DNA of 64,000 nucleotides from a virus: positions 1-64,000 of the IMG/VR virus record IMGVR_UViG_3300002520_000085; one strand, written 5' to 3'. The notes beneath the pieces are model-generated. The model was not told the DNA's origin. It ran no database searches and worked only from the letters and a program-made list of their open reading frames with translations. Both the position numbers and the translations under genes were made by a program. Positions 9,934-20,577 of this stretch are shown piece after piece (position 1 is the first letter of the stretch; every line of letters begins with the position of its first letter).

Positions 9934-10356
9934 ATGGGAAAAGATACAAAACAAGAAGCTACTCCTCTTACTGAGGAGCAGCTTTTAGAAAAAGAAACTG
10001 CTCTTAACGAAAGAGAAGAAGTTTTGAATGCAAAAGAAAAAGAGCTTGAAGAAAAAGAAATCGCTCTTAACGCAAGAGAAGAAGCTTTGAACGCAAAAGA
10101 AAAAGAGCTTGAAGAAAAAGAAACCAACTTGAATGAGTTGGAAACTGATCTTCTAGCATCTCAAGGTAAAGAAGAGCCGGCGGAAGTAGTTCCAGGATTG
10201 GAGTTTACTTTCGAGAAAGAAAAATATAAATTCAAAGATTCTGCGCCTAAGAATCTTAGAATTGGTGGTAAGAAATTATCACAAGATGAAATTGCAAAAG
10301 ACAAAAATCTTGCTGCAAAAATTATTAAAACAAACCACGTTCAAAAATTTAAATAA
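9934..10356 (+). CDS. coiled-coil phage protein with internal 60-bp tandem repeat (scaffold/decoration-like)
   Basis: Repeated NAKEKELEEKE(I/T)ALNAREE units seen in sequence at 9997-10120. Confidence 0.5.
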   Translation: MGKDTKQEATPLTEEQLLEKETALNEREEVLNAKEKELEEKEIALNAREEALNAKEKELEEKETNLNELETDLLASQGKEEPAEVVPGLEFTFEKEKYKFKDSAPKNLRIGGKKLSQDEIAKDKNLAAKIIKTNHVQKFK

Positions 10357-10911
10357 ATGAGCTGCTTCGACGATATCAACTTAGAAAACGTAAACCACTG
10401 CCCAAATGACGAGACAGTGGCAGGTTTAGCAACGAAATTAAATTATATTCCGGAAGGGCAAGTTGAAACGCTTACGTTGCCAACTGTTACCGATGCTTCT
10501 ACTTATGAAGAAAGAGTAACCATTGCGCCTACAGGTTTAGTTCCTGTTACGGGGAAAGGTTTTAAGGAAATCGATATTTTGGTAGACCAAAACGAACTGA
10601 AAACCGAAATGGTTGGAACAAAAGGCAACATGAAATTGCGTACGCAAATTGAAGCTTTTATTCCTGGTTTCAAAGCTAAAGTTGTTGGGTTTTTACAAAC
10701 TCATAAAAACACACCGATGATTTTTAGTATTGTAGACAGTACGGGAACTCGATGGGTAATTGGCGACAAAAATAATCCAGCATTTATCGAATCTGCTCCT
10801 GGTACAACTGGGAAAACTTTCGAAGACAATTCTGGTATGACAGTTACTATTACAGCAAACTGTCCGCCAAGAAAATACGCAGGAACAATCACTTTACTTG
10901 CTGATGCTTAA
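10357..10911 (+). CDS. hypothetical phage structural protein (184 aa)
   Basis: ORF in the structural block. Confidence 0.45.
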   Translation: MSCFDDINLENVNHCPNDETVAGLATKLNYIPEGQVETLTLPTVTDASTYEERVTIAPTGLVPVTGKGFKEIDILVDQNELKTEMVGTKGNMKLRTQIEAFIPGFKAKVVGFLQTHKNTPMIFSIVDSTGTRWVIGDKNNPAFIESAPGTTGKTFEDNSGMTVTITANCPPRKYAGTITLLADA

Positions 10912-10916
10912 TTGTT

Positions 10917-11213
10917 ATGAAAGAACACATTATTTTATCGGTACCATCGGGAAGCAGAATTTTGCACAGCAATGGTTCTGTTGAAACTCTAAATAAAGTT
11001 CCCGATAATGCACTTGAACTTTTAGAAGCTGGAGCCACGCATTTAATGTTCAAAGAATCTGCAAAAGAACCTTTGAAAAAGCTTGGTAAAGAACGATTGA
11101 TGAGTTTGATTTCGGTTTTAAGAGCGCAGAAAAGAACGCGTGATTTGGCTATTGTAGAATTGGCTTTAGCTGAAAAAGAAGCCAATAAAAATTCAAAACC
11201 TGAAACTCCTTAA
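10917..11213 (+). CDS. hypothetical phage protein (98 aa)
   Basis: ORF. Confidence 0.4.
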   Translation: MKEHIILSVPSGSRILHSNGSVETLNKVPDNALELLEAGATHLMFKESAKEPLKKLGKERLMSLISVLRAQKRTRDLAIVELALAEKEANKNSKPETP

Positions 11214-11246
11214 TAGTTTCTATAATATTTGATTTAAAATTGTAAA

Positions 11247-11276
11247 ATCTCTCTCATTTTGGGAGAGATTTTTTTC
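11247..11276 (+). terminator. rho-independent terminator hairpin
   Basis: atctctctcattttgggagagat followed by a T-run. Confidence 0.5.
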
Positions 11277-11284
11277 TTAAAAAA

Positions 11285-11983
11285 ATGACAAGGGAAGAGC
11301 ATAAAAATTTAATTGATTTGTACCTCGCTTCCGGTGGTGATGCGAAGAAAATACAATTGTACCAATCTTTCAGCGCTGCGAATTTCGTAAAGCTGAAATA
11401 CTTTGTAAAGCAATTAAAAGTAGAACTTCCCGAAAATACCAAGCTTAGTACACCACCTACGAAGCTTAGTACACCACATCCAGAACCTAGTGCACCAGTT
11501 AAAGAAAGAAAAGGTATTTGGAATGATCTTATTTCGCAATATCCTGTAGAATTGCACCAGGAATACCAAAATCGTTACAAATATTGGTTAGAAGCCTGCA
11601 GTTTGAAAGTAGAGCTGAATGCAGTACATTATAAAGATGAGAAAACCGCCTACGAAATACAGGAGAAAATAATGTTTTGCTTCGAAAAGATGGATAAAGC
11701 GCAAAAAGCGTTGAACCATTACCAAAAAAACAAAAGAATTCTAAAAACCGAAACAAAGGTTGATTTTAGCGGTCTTTCTCCAATGGAATTGCTGAATAAA
11801 CGCAATGTAACCCGCTCCAATATTACGAAGCGAAAAGCTACCATTAAAAAAATGGAAGATGCACTCCCCAAAAGCGATCACCCCGATTTTAAACGCAAAC
11901 TACACTCTGTAAATCTGAAAATTGAACAGCTTCAAATGATGATTAATGAGTTGGAAGTTTTGGAGAAAATGGTTGGGAATTAA
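11285..11983 (+). CDS. hypothetical phage protein (232 aa) with 21-bp tandem duplication (TKLSTPPTKLSTP)
   Basis: ORF; tandem repeat seen at 11446-11487. Confidence 0.45.
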   Translation: MTREEHKNLIDLYLASGGDAKKIQLYQSFSAANFVKLKYFVKQLKVELPENTKLSTPPTKLSTPHPEPSAPVKERKGIWNDLISQYPVELHQEYQNRYKYWLEACSLKVELNAVHYKDEKTAYEIQEKIMFCFEKMDKAQKALNHYQKNKRILKTETKVDFSGLSPMELLNKRNVTRSNITKRKATIKKMEDALPKSDHPDFKRKLHSVNLKIEQLQMMINELEVLEKMVGN

Positions 11984-12026
11984 TCTTGTCCTTTCGCAAG
12001 GCTTTGTGTGAGGGTATTTTCGTTGT

Positions 12027-12608
12027 ATGGAAGTTGCAAAGTTCACACAAAATAATCTTTTACAACGTCTTAAAAATAATTATATAGACGATGAAAATTT
12101 CCCGCTAGAAAAAGCAGATCTCGAAAAGAAAAATATTTTGGAGAGAATTTGGGCTTTGCGAGCGGGTAATAAATATCATCAACAAGATATTATCGCTATT
12201 CTCATGCGACCAAAAGAGCGTGGCGGGGAAAATCTTTCCCGTTCTACAGCTTACCGAAATTATCAACTTTCTATGCAGCTTTTTGGCGAACTCGATAAGG
12301 TAGATGCGGCCGCCGAAAAAGCTGTTGCGCGTGCTACTTTTCACGATTTATACGTAAAAGCTTACCGAAACGGCGATTTTAAAACCGCAAATAAAGCCTA
12401 TGAAAATTATGTGAAACTGATACCGGAAGATTCAAAAAGTATTGATCCGGAAATGTTGAGCGCTTCTATTTTCAGACAGATTTTACCACCTGCCGTGAAG
12501 AGAATGTTTAAGAAATCTGCAGAACGTGGAGTAGTAGATCTTATGTTTTTAGGCGCTGAAGATGCAGAATGGAAGGAAGTAGATAACGAAGACGAAGACG
12601 ATGAGTAG
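12027..12608 (+). CDS. putative terminase small subunit
   Basis: Immediately upstream of and overlapping TerL; acidic C-terminus; position only. Confidence 0.35.
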   Translation: MEVAKFTQNNLLQRLKNNYIDDENFPLEKADLEKKNILERIWALRAGNKYHQQDIIAILMRPKERGGENLSRSTAYRNYQLSMQLFGELDKVDAAAEKAVARATFHDLYVKAYRNGDFKTANKAYENYVKLIPEDSKSIDPEMLSASIFRQILPPAVKRMFKKSAERGVVDLMFLGAEDAEWKEVDNEDEDDE

Positions 12609-14130
12609 TTTTTCACAATTTAAAATGCCTGTTAGAAACATCAATCACAATCTTATGCAGGCTGCGGTAACCGAGGCTATTATAGACGGAGTAAAAGAAA
12701 TTGATGTAGAGGCGGGAAGAGGAGCGGGTAAGTCTACGGTTTTAGGCAAAAAAATACATACCAATGTAAAAGAAATGCCTAAATCTACCGGTGTAGTGGT
12801 TGCTGAAACTTTCGTACAAATCAAAACCAGAACTTTAGCTTCTACAAAGGAGGGTTTAAAGATGTATGGCCTTCATGAAGATATTCATTATATCGTAGGT
12901 TCTTGCGGTAAGAAGAAAGGTTTTGAAATGCCTTTTCAATCTCCCGATTCTTGGCATAATGTTATTCATTTTTTTAATGGCACTATTGCGGTTTTTGTTT
13001 CTTTGGATGATCCCAATTCGGGGCGTGGTTTAAATGCTTCTTGGGTAGTTGGCGACGAGGCGGCGTTACTTGATTATACAAGATTATTCAATAACGTTTT
13101 AACGACCAATAGAACGGTAAAGGCAGAGTTTAAATACTCTAAATCGCTTAACTCGGTAATGTTTGTTTCTTCTGTTGCTATGTCGCAGAAAGGCGCTTGG
13201 TTTACAGAAAGAGAGGCTAAGAGTATTAAAAATCCTAAGAAATATAGGTTTATTAAAGCTAATGCTTTTGTAAATGCTCACAATCTTGCACCTGGTTGGA
13301 TTAAATATATGAAAGAGAATGCTCTTTCTAAGATGCTTTTTGAAGCCGAAATATTAAATATCCGACCTCGTGGTGTATTGGAAGGTTTTTATCCACAGCT
13401 CAAGGTAAGACATTATTATAATTCTAAAGACAATGTAGAGTTACTCGGAGGTGTGACCGAAGATTATACGCCGAGCTGTAAGTATGACCGTGATTTGGTG
13501 CGCAATGTACCACTAGATTTTAATCTTGACTTTGGTGGTAAGATTAATTGCGGGACCGTCTCGCAGTATCTTAGCACAACCAATGAGCTTAACTTTATTA
13601 AGGAGTTTTATGCAAAGTCTGTAGATAGTGAGAAGCTTAGTGATTTGGTTAAGAAGTTTATAGAATACTATGAGCCTCACAAATCTTCATGCAACGTTGT
13701 ACATCTTTACCACGACCGCTCCGGTTATAAGGAAGAAGCCAACAGTAAGACTACACTTGCGGAAGATGTAGAAAATCAATTGAGAAAGGCAGGATGGAAG
13801 GTTATAAATCGCACACCAAATACAAACAATCCTGGTCACATCATGAAGTTTAGACTTATTGAGGAAATATTGAGTGAGACTAACCACGAATTGCCAACGG
13901 TGCGCATCAATCAAGACCGTTGCCCGAATCTTATTATATCGATGGAGAATGCAGAAATCACGCATAAGAACTCAAACTTTGAGAAAGATAAAAGTAGTGA
14001 GCGTTCTAAGACTATACCGCAAGAACATGCAACGCATTTCAGTGATACTTTTGATTATAGGTTGTATTGGGGCTTCGGCTCGGTAATAGATCCTGCCTAT
14101 ACATCTTCGTTTATCATCCACAACCTGTAA
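12601..14130 (+). CDS. phage terminase large subunit
   Basis: Walker A-like VEAGRGAGKST, Walker B-like VVGDEAALL, 509 aa, followed by a terminator. Confidence 0.75.
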   Translation: MSSFSQFKMPVRNINHNLMQAAVTEAIIDGVKEIDVEAGRGAGKSTVLGKKIHTNVKEMPKSTGVVVAETFVQIKTRTLASTKEGLKMYGLHEDIHYIVGSCGKKKGFEMPFQSPDSWHNVIHFFNGTIAVFVSLDDPNSGRGLNASWVVGDEAALLDYTRLFNNVLTTNRTVKAEFKYSKSLNSVMFVSSVAMSQKGAWFTEREAKSIKNPKKYRFIKANAFVNAHNLAPGWIKYMKENALSKMLFEAEILNIRPRGVLEGFYPQLKVRHYYNSKDNVELLGGVTEDYTPSCKYDRDLVRNVPLDFNLDFGGKINCGTVSQYLSTTNELNFIKEFYAKSVDSEKLSDLVKKFIEYYEPHKSSCNVVHLYHDRSGYKEEANSKTTLAEDVENQLRKAGWKVINRTPNTNNPGHIMKFRLIEEILSETNHELPTVRINQDRCPNLIISMENAEITHKNSNFEKDKSSERSKTIPQEHATHFSDTFDYRLYWGFGSVIDPAYTSSFIIHNL

Positions 14131-14149
14131 ATTTTTATAAAAACATTGT

Positions 14150-14175
14150 AAACGCCCTATTTTAGGGCGTTTATT
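14150..14175 (+). terminator. rho-independent terminator
   Basis: aaacgccctattttagggcgttt hairpin plus T tract. Confidence 0.55.
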
Positions 14176-14705
14176 GTTATTAACCCTCTCATATATCACT
14201 TTTTTTAAAAACGGAAATTGTAGATAGAACTAAGGCGACCGTGGGATAGATCGTTACATTTTGGGATTTTTTGTAAAAATCACAAAATCAACTATTTGAA
14301 AATCAATTAACTATAAAAATAAGCGTGGGATTGGCTATGTTTTTTTAGTTGAAAAACTATGTCCTTTAGAATGGTTTTGTTGTAAAATACCTTTGATGCT
14401 GTGGAAAAAACAATGTTTTTGAGTGAAGTTTTGGAAAGAATGAAAGAAGCTCCTTTCACTTTGGAAATGCGCACGTTTAACAAGTACAATAAAAGCGGAG
14501 GCAAAACCATAATCTACGAAGATTGTGAACTTTTGCGACCACCCAAAAAAAAAGGAGTAAAACGCCTTGCAGATCCTACACCTTTTAAAAACCCCAACCA
14601 CTTCGAAAACAGAACAAGAAATATAAAATTACCCACCGGAGAAATAAAAACAATCCACATTATTTTTATTATTCGGTTTAATGGGATTTTAGTAGGTTAT
14701 TAATT

Positions 14706-15248
14706 ATGGGACAATTAAAAGAATTTTTTCAGTGGCTTTTAGATAGCGTTAAGATTTGGATTATTATTCAGCCTTGGCAATCTGGTCTTAGAGTAAGAAT
14801 GGGCAAAAAAATTAAGCATTTAAAGCAGGGAATTTATTTTAGACTGCCTTATTTTGATTCAGTTTTTGTACAAGAAAACAGACTTAGAATTATTCAGATG
14901 TCATTACAAACGCTTACCACTAAAGATTTGAATGCAATTACAATAGAAGGCGCTGTAGGATATACAATTAAAGATATTGAAAAATTATACAATACGCTGT
15001 ATCAGCCAGAAACTACTATTTCAAATCTTGTAAAAAGTAAGATTGCAGAATATATATTTACTAGAAAACATTGTGAAATTTTGCCTTCAGAAATTGAAAA
15101 AGATATTCTAAAAGACTTGCAAAATCTTGATTACGGTTTGAATATCGAATATTTCAGAATTCAAAATTTTGCTATTGTAAAAACATTTAGATTAATTCAA
15201 GACCAGTCTTGGAATATGGAAGGTTTAAGCATGACAGATAAGCAATAA
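14706..15248 (+). CDS. hypothetical phage protein (180 aa)
   Basis: ORF. Confidence 0.45.
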   Translation: MGQLKEFFQWLLDSVKIWIIIQPWQSGLRVRMGKKIKHLKQGIYFRLPYFDSVFVQENRLRIIQMSLQTLTTKDLNAITIEGAVGYTIKDIEKLYNTLYQPETTISNLVKSKIAEYIFTRKHCEILPSEIEKDILKDLQNLDYGLNIEYFRIQNFAIVKTFRLIQDQSWNMEGLSMTDKQ

Positions 15249-15249
15249 T

Positions 15250-16581
15250 ATGAGCACAAAAATAGCACAAGGAATTTACTCGGTTGGAGGTAATAGAGTA
15301 GCTGCGGTTTTCAGCAGCGCAAAAAATCTACCTGTACATACGCCATCAAAAATTCAAAAATCAAATGGCGATTCAGATGTTTGTTTTTGGGGTGATGACA
15401 ATCTTTACCCAATTAATTTTGAAAAAGAATTTAAAGATTCAGGTACTGGAATTGGTGGGCATGATATTTTATCTGATGTGCACTTTGGCACTGGTTTTTC
15501 GCTGTATAAGGAGACTGAAGAAGGGGTTACTGAAGATTATAGAGCCGTGCCATTTAGAGCTTATCCAGAGATTTATTCATTTTTAAGAAGAGTAAAAATC
15601 GATTTATTTTACAAAGCAGTTATTCGTGATTATGAAAAATGGAGATGGACCCCTGTAGAATATTTACTTTCTCCAGATACATCAAAAGTAATTTCAATAA
15701 AAAGACACGATACAAGTTGGGGACGATTTCAAATTCCAAATGAAAAAACGGGACTCATTGAAAATATTGTTATTAACAGCGACTGGCAAAATAGGAATAA
15801 AGATTTTGATGAAATTATACCTTGTTTCGACCAAATGATTTCTGTTGATGAGCTTAAAGAAGAAGTTAAAAAAAGAAAAATAACACGTTTTGTTATTCCT
15901 CACATGGATGCTTTGAGCGTTCAAAAAGTTTATCCTTTGGTAGGTTTCCATTCTTCATACAGAAACGGTTGGATGAAAGTTGTTTTGGCTATTCCAGAAC
16001 TGAAAAAATTCATGTTTGAAAACCAACTCAACTGGCAATATTTAGTTTTCATTGCAGACGATTATTTTGCTCACATTTACGGTGATGCTTGGAAAGAAAT
16101 GCCACCAGAAAAAAAAGAAGAAAAACGTGTAGAATTAATTAATAAGCTAGATGATAAAATTGCAGGAAATAAGGGAGGCGGAACTTCAATTATTTCTCCG
16201 TTTTTCAGAGACAAAAATACAGGTGAGCTTATTAAAGGAATTCAAATCGAGGTTATCAAAAAAGACAACACCAACGGCGACTTCCTTCTAGACGCATCCG
16301 CAGGAAATTCAGAAATCCTTTTCCCAATGGGAGTAGATCCTTGCTTATTGGGTGCAGGAATTCCAGGAGGGAAAAACCTTTCGGGTTCTGGCTCAGACAA
16401 AAGAGAAGCTTACACCATTCTTTGCTCAAGACTTCCGGCAAAGCACGCCGTTACTTTAGAAATCTTCCTCACGATTCGCGATTGGAACGGTTGGCCACAA
16501 GATTTAATTGGAAAATTTCCAAACGTGCAACTTACCACGTTAGATAAAAATCCGACGGGGCAAACTGCCGTTGTCAACTAA
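15250..16581 (+). CDS. putative portal protein (443 aa)
   Basis: Size and position after the terminase; no motif. Confidence 0.3.
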   Translation: MSTKIAQGIYSVGGNRVAAVFSSAKNLPVHTPSKIQKSNGDSDVCFWGDDNLYPINFEKEFKDSGTGIGGHDILSDVHFGTGFSLYKETEEGVTEDYRAVPFRAYPEIYSFLRRVKIDLFYKAVIRDYEKWRWTPVEYLLSPDTSKVISIKRHDTSWGRFQIPNEKTGLIENIVINSDWQNRNKDFDEIIPCFDQMISVDELKEEVKKRKITRFVIPHMDALSVQKVYPLVGFHSSYRNGWMKVVLAIPELKKFMFENQLNWQYLVFIADDYFAHIYGDAWKEMPPEKKEEKRVELINKLDDKIAGNKGGGTSIISPFFRDKNTGELIKGIQIEVIKKDNTNGDFLLDASAGNSEILFPMGVDPCLLGAGIPGGKNLSGSGSDKREAYTILCSRLPAKHAVTLEIFLTIRDWNGWPQDLIGKFPNVQLTTLDKNPTGQTAVVN

Positions 16582-16611
16582 AATATATTTTTTCATTTTA
16601 AGGTTAAAAAA

Positions 16612-17514
16612 ATGCAAAAACTTACAAAAGAACAATACATGGAGTTTGTGGGAGTAGATAAAAACTTCCACGAACACACAGTTTCCACTCACGAAGAATC
16701 TGCTTTCAGAAAATACATCTATCCGTATATTTCCGAAACTGTTTTGGATGGTTTAATTGCTTCCGAAGAAGAAGCTCAACAAAAAATTTCGCAACTCATT
16801 TTAAAAGCCGCAGCCAATTATACATTTGTAAAAGCTTTCCCTTCCATTAAAGTGAAGCTTTCAAACTATGGAGTTTTTAAATATGAAGCCGAAAAAACCA
16901 AAGCCGCAGAATGGTACGATTACCGCGACTTATTTTTATCGTACGTAAAAACCGCAGATGAATCTTTTTCTGATGCCTTGTCAGAAATTAATAAAATTGA
17001 CGAGCTAAAATCCCAGTGCGCATTCTTTACCGAATTTTCATTCGAGCCAATTCCAACGCCAGAAGAATTCAACAGAATTTATTCAATTAATAAATCGATG
17101 GAGGTTTATTTGAATTTGGTCCCGCTCATGCGAAGAGCGTGGCAATTCGGAATTCAAAATCAAATAAAAGCGTGTAGCATTTCAGACTTTTCGGGAAATG
17201 CAGAACTTTTCGCATTATTAAAAGATGCTATTGCCTATTCTGCACTCGGAAATGCACTGCGTTTTTCCCAGTTTACATTTTTATCTTCTGGAATTGCGAT
17301 TCAATATGACGAGTTTCCGTGGCAAAAAACCGTCATACTTTCCGAAGAAGCCAAAACAAAACTCGAAGAAGAGTTCAAAAAACTATCTTCAGAATCAATC
17401 GGAAGCTTAATTTCATATCTAAAAGAAAACTCCACCGATTTTCCGTGTTATCAACCCGAAACCGCCAAAGCAGTTCGGGAGATAATCGAAAAAAAATCAG
17501 GGCTTTACCTTTAA
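16612..17514 (+). CDS. hypothetical phage protein (300 aa)
   Basis: ORF. Confidence 0.45.
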   Translation: MQKLTKEQYMEFVGVDKNFHEHTVSTHEESAFRKYIYPYISETVLDGLIASEEEAQQKISQLILKAAANYTFVKAFPSIKVKLSNYGVFKYEAEKTKAAEWYDYRDLFLSYVKTADESFSDALSEINKIDELKSQCAFFTEFSFEPIPTPEEFNRIYSINKSMEVYLNLVPLMRRAWQFGIQNQIKACSISDFSGNAELFALLKDAIAYSALGNALRFSQFTFLSSGIAIQYDEFPWQKTVILSEEAKTKLEEEFKKLSSESIGSLISYLKENSTDFPCYQPETAKAVREIIEKKSGLYL

Positions 17515-17528
17515 AGAATGTCCTTTTG

Positions 17529-17554
17529 TAGCGGGTTTTAGCCCGCTATTTTTG
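17529..17554 (+). terminator. rho-independent terminator
   Basis: tagcgggttttagcccgcta hairpin plus T-run. Confidence 0.5.
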
Positions 17555-17571
17555 TTTCAAATAGATACAGA

Positions 17572-20526
17572 ATGGCACATGTTTTTGAAGAAGTTACCGG
17601 CTCTGCGGGTGCGCTCTCTTTTCAGTTTAACGGACAGTTTGCGCTGAAAAATTACAACGTTGAAATTGTGAACGGAAACCGTTTAAAAGTAGTTTCTACC
17701 ACAAACGAAATGTTTTCTTTACTCGAAGCAGATATTTCGGAAGTTGAGATTAATGGAGTAACATACACAGATCCAATCGCCGCACAAATTGCACTAACCT
17801 CATTAGTACACAGCGATGCCGAACCAGTAGTTCTTACAAAAGAACAATACATGGCTTTAGCAGCGGCAATTCAAGCAGCAGATCGTGGTAAAGTTTTACC
17901 AGATACTCTCGCACCAGTTGGAGGTTGGGAAACTGGTTGGTACACACCTGGATTATTCGAAAATTCAGATCCAGGAACAAATTACCCCAATCAAAACAAT
18001 CTGAAAGCTAAAAAAGGTTTTATCACCAAGTTTTTGTACAACGGCGTTACTTGGGATTATATAGAATATGAGCTTCCAAAAGCATCACAAAACATTCCGC
18101 AATTCGCAGACCTTAATTTCCCTGTTACCAATACAGCGACTGAAAAAATACAATGTATAGATAATTTTGGTTTTTATCAATTGCTAGATGGGCAAACTTC
18201 TACAAGTTCAGATACACCGTCTATTTCACCTACTATTTGGAAAGAAACAGGTAGATCTGATGAAAGTATTGTTAAAATTGCTCAAGGTGTTTCAAATCCC
18301 AAAAAATCTATTGTAGTTTCAGGAGCGTTTCAGAATGATTCAGAACAAAATTATTATAGAGATTTGCCTATTGCTATGACAGATAATGCTTATTTAAATA
18401 GTATAGGAATAACTAAATTAAACTGGACTGCAAGAAGTGGTAATGTAGAAAGTTATTGGTATTTTAATAATGGAGTCGAAACAGATAAAGGACTCGGAAA
18501 TATAATTGAGACTCAGAACGGAAGATATATGAAAATCGAATGGTATATTTTCTCTAAAACAGGAGTGCAACCATCTAGCGATACATCTAGTAGGCTAGGA
18601 GCTTTTATCATTACAAGTACTGGTAACACTCCTTTAATAGGTAGTGATTCGGTAAATGGTGCAGTTACTCTTATACAAGTTGCTGCGGATGTTTTTAAAG
18701 TTGAAAAAATATTACTATTTGAATATACCGGAACTTACACAACAATAGGCGTTTCTACAGTGCTAGAAGATGCTGATGTACCAGTTGGATTTGTAAATGG
18801 TGATTTTGCCGTAACCGGTTTAAAAATAGCTTTTGCAGACACGAAAGAAGAATTATACGGTGAAATTATAGGTGATTGGCAACCTAATGCTAATTACATA
18901 ACACAAGCTGAGGGGGACGCAAGATATGTTCAATCAGCGGATTTACCTAGTTTTACTGTTGATTTATCAAGGAATATTATTGAATCGCAAAGTCAATTAG
19001 CACCATTTTTTAAAAAACGTAAAGCTAAAAAAGTAGATGCTTATAATCGAATAACTATCGCAGAAGTAGGAGATTCTATTTTTGGAGGACAAGATTCAAC
19101 ATGGGGGATTTCTAACTCAGAAGATTTTAATAATCCTTCGGAAACTCAAGCAGGATATATTACGGGGCATTTTCCTCCAAACATGTGGCAGAAAAACGTT
19201 GCTTATTATATTTTAAAAGCACTTCAATATGAAGATGCAGATGTAAAATATTACAACCATGTAGCTTCTGAGGTTACTAAATCAGGCACATGGTCGAATA
19301 TTTATCCCGTAGGTGCTGATTCGTTAAGACTTTGTAGTACATCTGAAACTAACGCAGGAATCCAACTGTCTTTTACAGGTGCTAAATTTGCTAAATTTAT
19401 TTGGTCTACTTATAATTTTAACAGCAAAACAAGAAGGTTAGAATTAATGGTCTCAACAAACGGCGGTTCTACCTTTCAAAAAATTTCAGATGCTGGATTG
19501 ACGAGTAGTATTGTATTAGACACAGACAGCGCATTTCAAATTCCAAATGAAGATTTGAAATGGGGTAATGTTATTATCAGTGGATTTAATGAAGCTACAA
19601 ATTATATTTTTAGGGTTAGGAAAATAGATGGAAGTGGCATATTGGATGCGTGGGGTTTTGAAACATGGTCTAATCCTAGAATTGATGTTATTGTGACAGC
19701 AGAAGGAAGTAATTTAGCATCTTCGCAATTAGACAGACCAGACAGATTTTATCACTCGATTTATAACCAAGACTTAGTAATTTATAACGCTCCTTATCTC
19801 AATGACCTTGGAATAGGTCGCATTAATAATTTCTTTGGCGATATCACATTAGCACAATCTCCTATTACAGGATGGGCGGATTATGTGTTCTATAGAGCCG
19901 CTGAAACAGGTTTATATGTAAATTTCAACAACTTATATCTGTATGAAGGAGAGTACTTAGAATGGTTTGGAGGAGCTTGGAGAAAAGGAAGTACTACACT
20001 TTATAATGAAATTGATGTTAATTATCTTAATGATAATAAATCTGTTTTTGAAAGAATCCGACAGCAGGGAGTGCCAACGCTATGCGTTATGACTCACGAT
20101 GCTGTTTCATTCGCAGACAAACCGTTTACTTTCGATTATGCACTAAAACTTCAAAAATTGATGTTAAAGGAAGCAGGAATCACATATATTGATTTAAATT
20201 ATTATCAGAAAGAGAATGCTATTACAGGAATCTTCGCACCTGACGGGACGCATTTAAACGATTCTGGAGTTGAATTATATAGTGATTTAATTTTATCAGT
20301 ACTTGATGTAAATAGCGATTTTTTAGGTGTTCCAAGCTCTTTTTTTACAACTAAAAAATTAACAGGAAATTCAAATACTACAAACGTAGATTTTGGTTTT
20401 GAATTTAAAGAGATTCCTACAATTAGAATTTTCAATAATTCTACAATTGTAATTTCCTCTAAAACTAAAAAAGGATTTACAGTCACAGGAAGTGGTGATT
20501 TTGATTGGGAAGCTTTTATAAACTAA
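17572..20526 (+). CDS. large tail fibre/tailspike-like protein with SGNH/GDSL hydrolase domain (putative receptor-modifying esterase)
   Basis: 984 aa. GDSL block I ITIAEVGDSIFGG and block V-like DGTHLNDSG seen in translation. Gly/Thr/Ser/Asn-rich beta-type composition typical of fibres. Confidence 0.55.
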   Translation: MAHVFEEVTGSAGALSFQFNGQFALKNYNVEIVNGNRLKVVSTTNEMFSLLEADISEVEINGVTYTDPIAAQIALTSLVHSDAEPVVLTKEQYMALAAAIQAADRGKVLPDTLAPVGGWETGWYTPGLFENSDPGTNYPNQNNLKAKKGFITKFLYNGVTWDYIEYELPKASQNIPQFADLNFPVTNTATEKIQCIDNFGFYQLLDGQTSTSSDTPSISPTIWKETGRSDESIVKIAQGVSNPKKSIVVSGAFQNDSEQNYYRDLPIAMTDNAYLNSIGITKLNWTARSGNVESYWYFNNGVETDKGLGNIIETQNGRYMKIEWYIFSKTGVQPSSDTSSRLGAFIITSTGNTPLIGSDSVNGAVTLIQVAADVFKVEKILLFEYTGTYTTIGVSTVLEDADVPVGFVNGDFAVTGLKIAFADTKEELYGEIIGDWQPNANYITQAEGDARYVQSADLPSFTVDLSRNIIESQSQLAPFFKKRKAKKVDAYNRITIAEVGDSIFGGQDSTWGISNSEDFNNPSETQAGYITGHFPPNMWQKNVAYYILKALQYEDADVKYYNHVASEVTKSGTWSNIYPVGADSLRLCSTSETNAGIQLSFTGAKFAKFIWSTYNFNSKTRRLELMVSTNGGSTFQKISDAGLTSSIVLDTDSAFQIPNEDLKWGNVIISGFNEATNYIFRVRKIDGSGILDAWGFETWSNPRIDVIVTAEGSNLASSQLDRPDRFYHSIYNQDLVIYNAPYLNDLGIGRINNFFGDITLAQSPITGWADYVFYRAAETGLYVNFNNLYLYEGEYLEWFGGAWRKGSTTLYNEIDVNYLNDNKSVFERIRQQGVPTLCVMTHDAVSFADKPFTFDYALKLQKLMLKEAGITYIDLNYYQKENAITGIFAPDGTHLNDSGVELYSDLILSVLDVNSDFLGVPSSFFTTKKLTGNSNTTNVDFGFEFKEIPTIRIFNNSTIVISSKTKKGFTVTGSGDFDWEAFIN

Positions 20527-20536
20527 ATTGACAACA

Positions 20537-20562
20537 AGCACTCTCTTTCTGGGAGTGCTTTA
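20537..20562 (+). terminator. terminator-like hairpin
   Basis: agcactctctttctgggagtgct. Confidence 0.4.
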
Positions 20563-20577
20563 AAACAAAATATTAAA

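Noticed and set aside
14401-14703. 100-aa ORF after the TerL terminator
   Set aside because: Sits in a 270-bp AT-rich intergenic region with an unusual basic, low-complexity tail. Cannot be distinguished from non-coding leader sequence.
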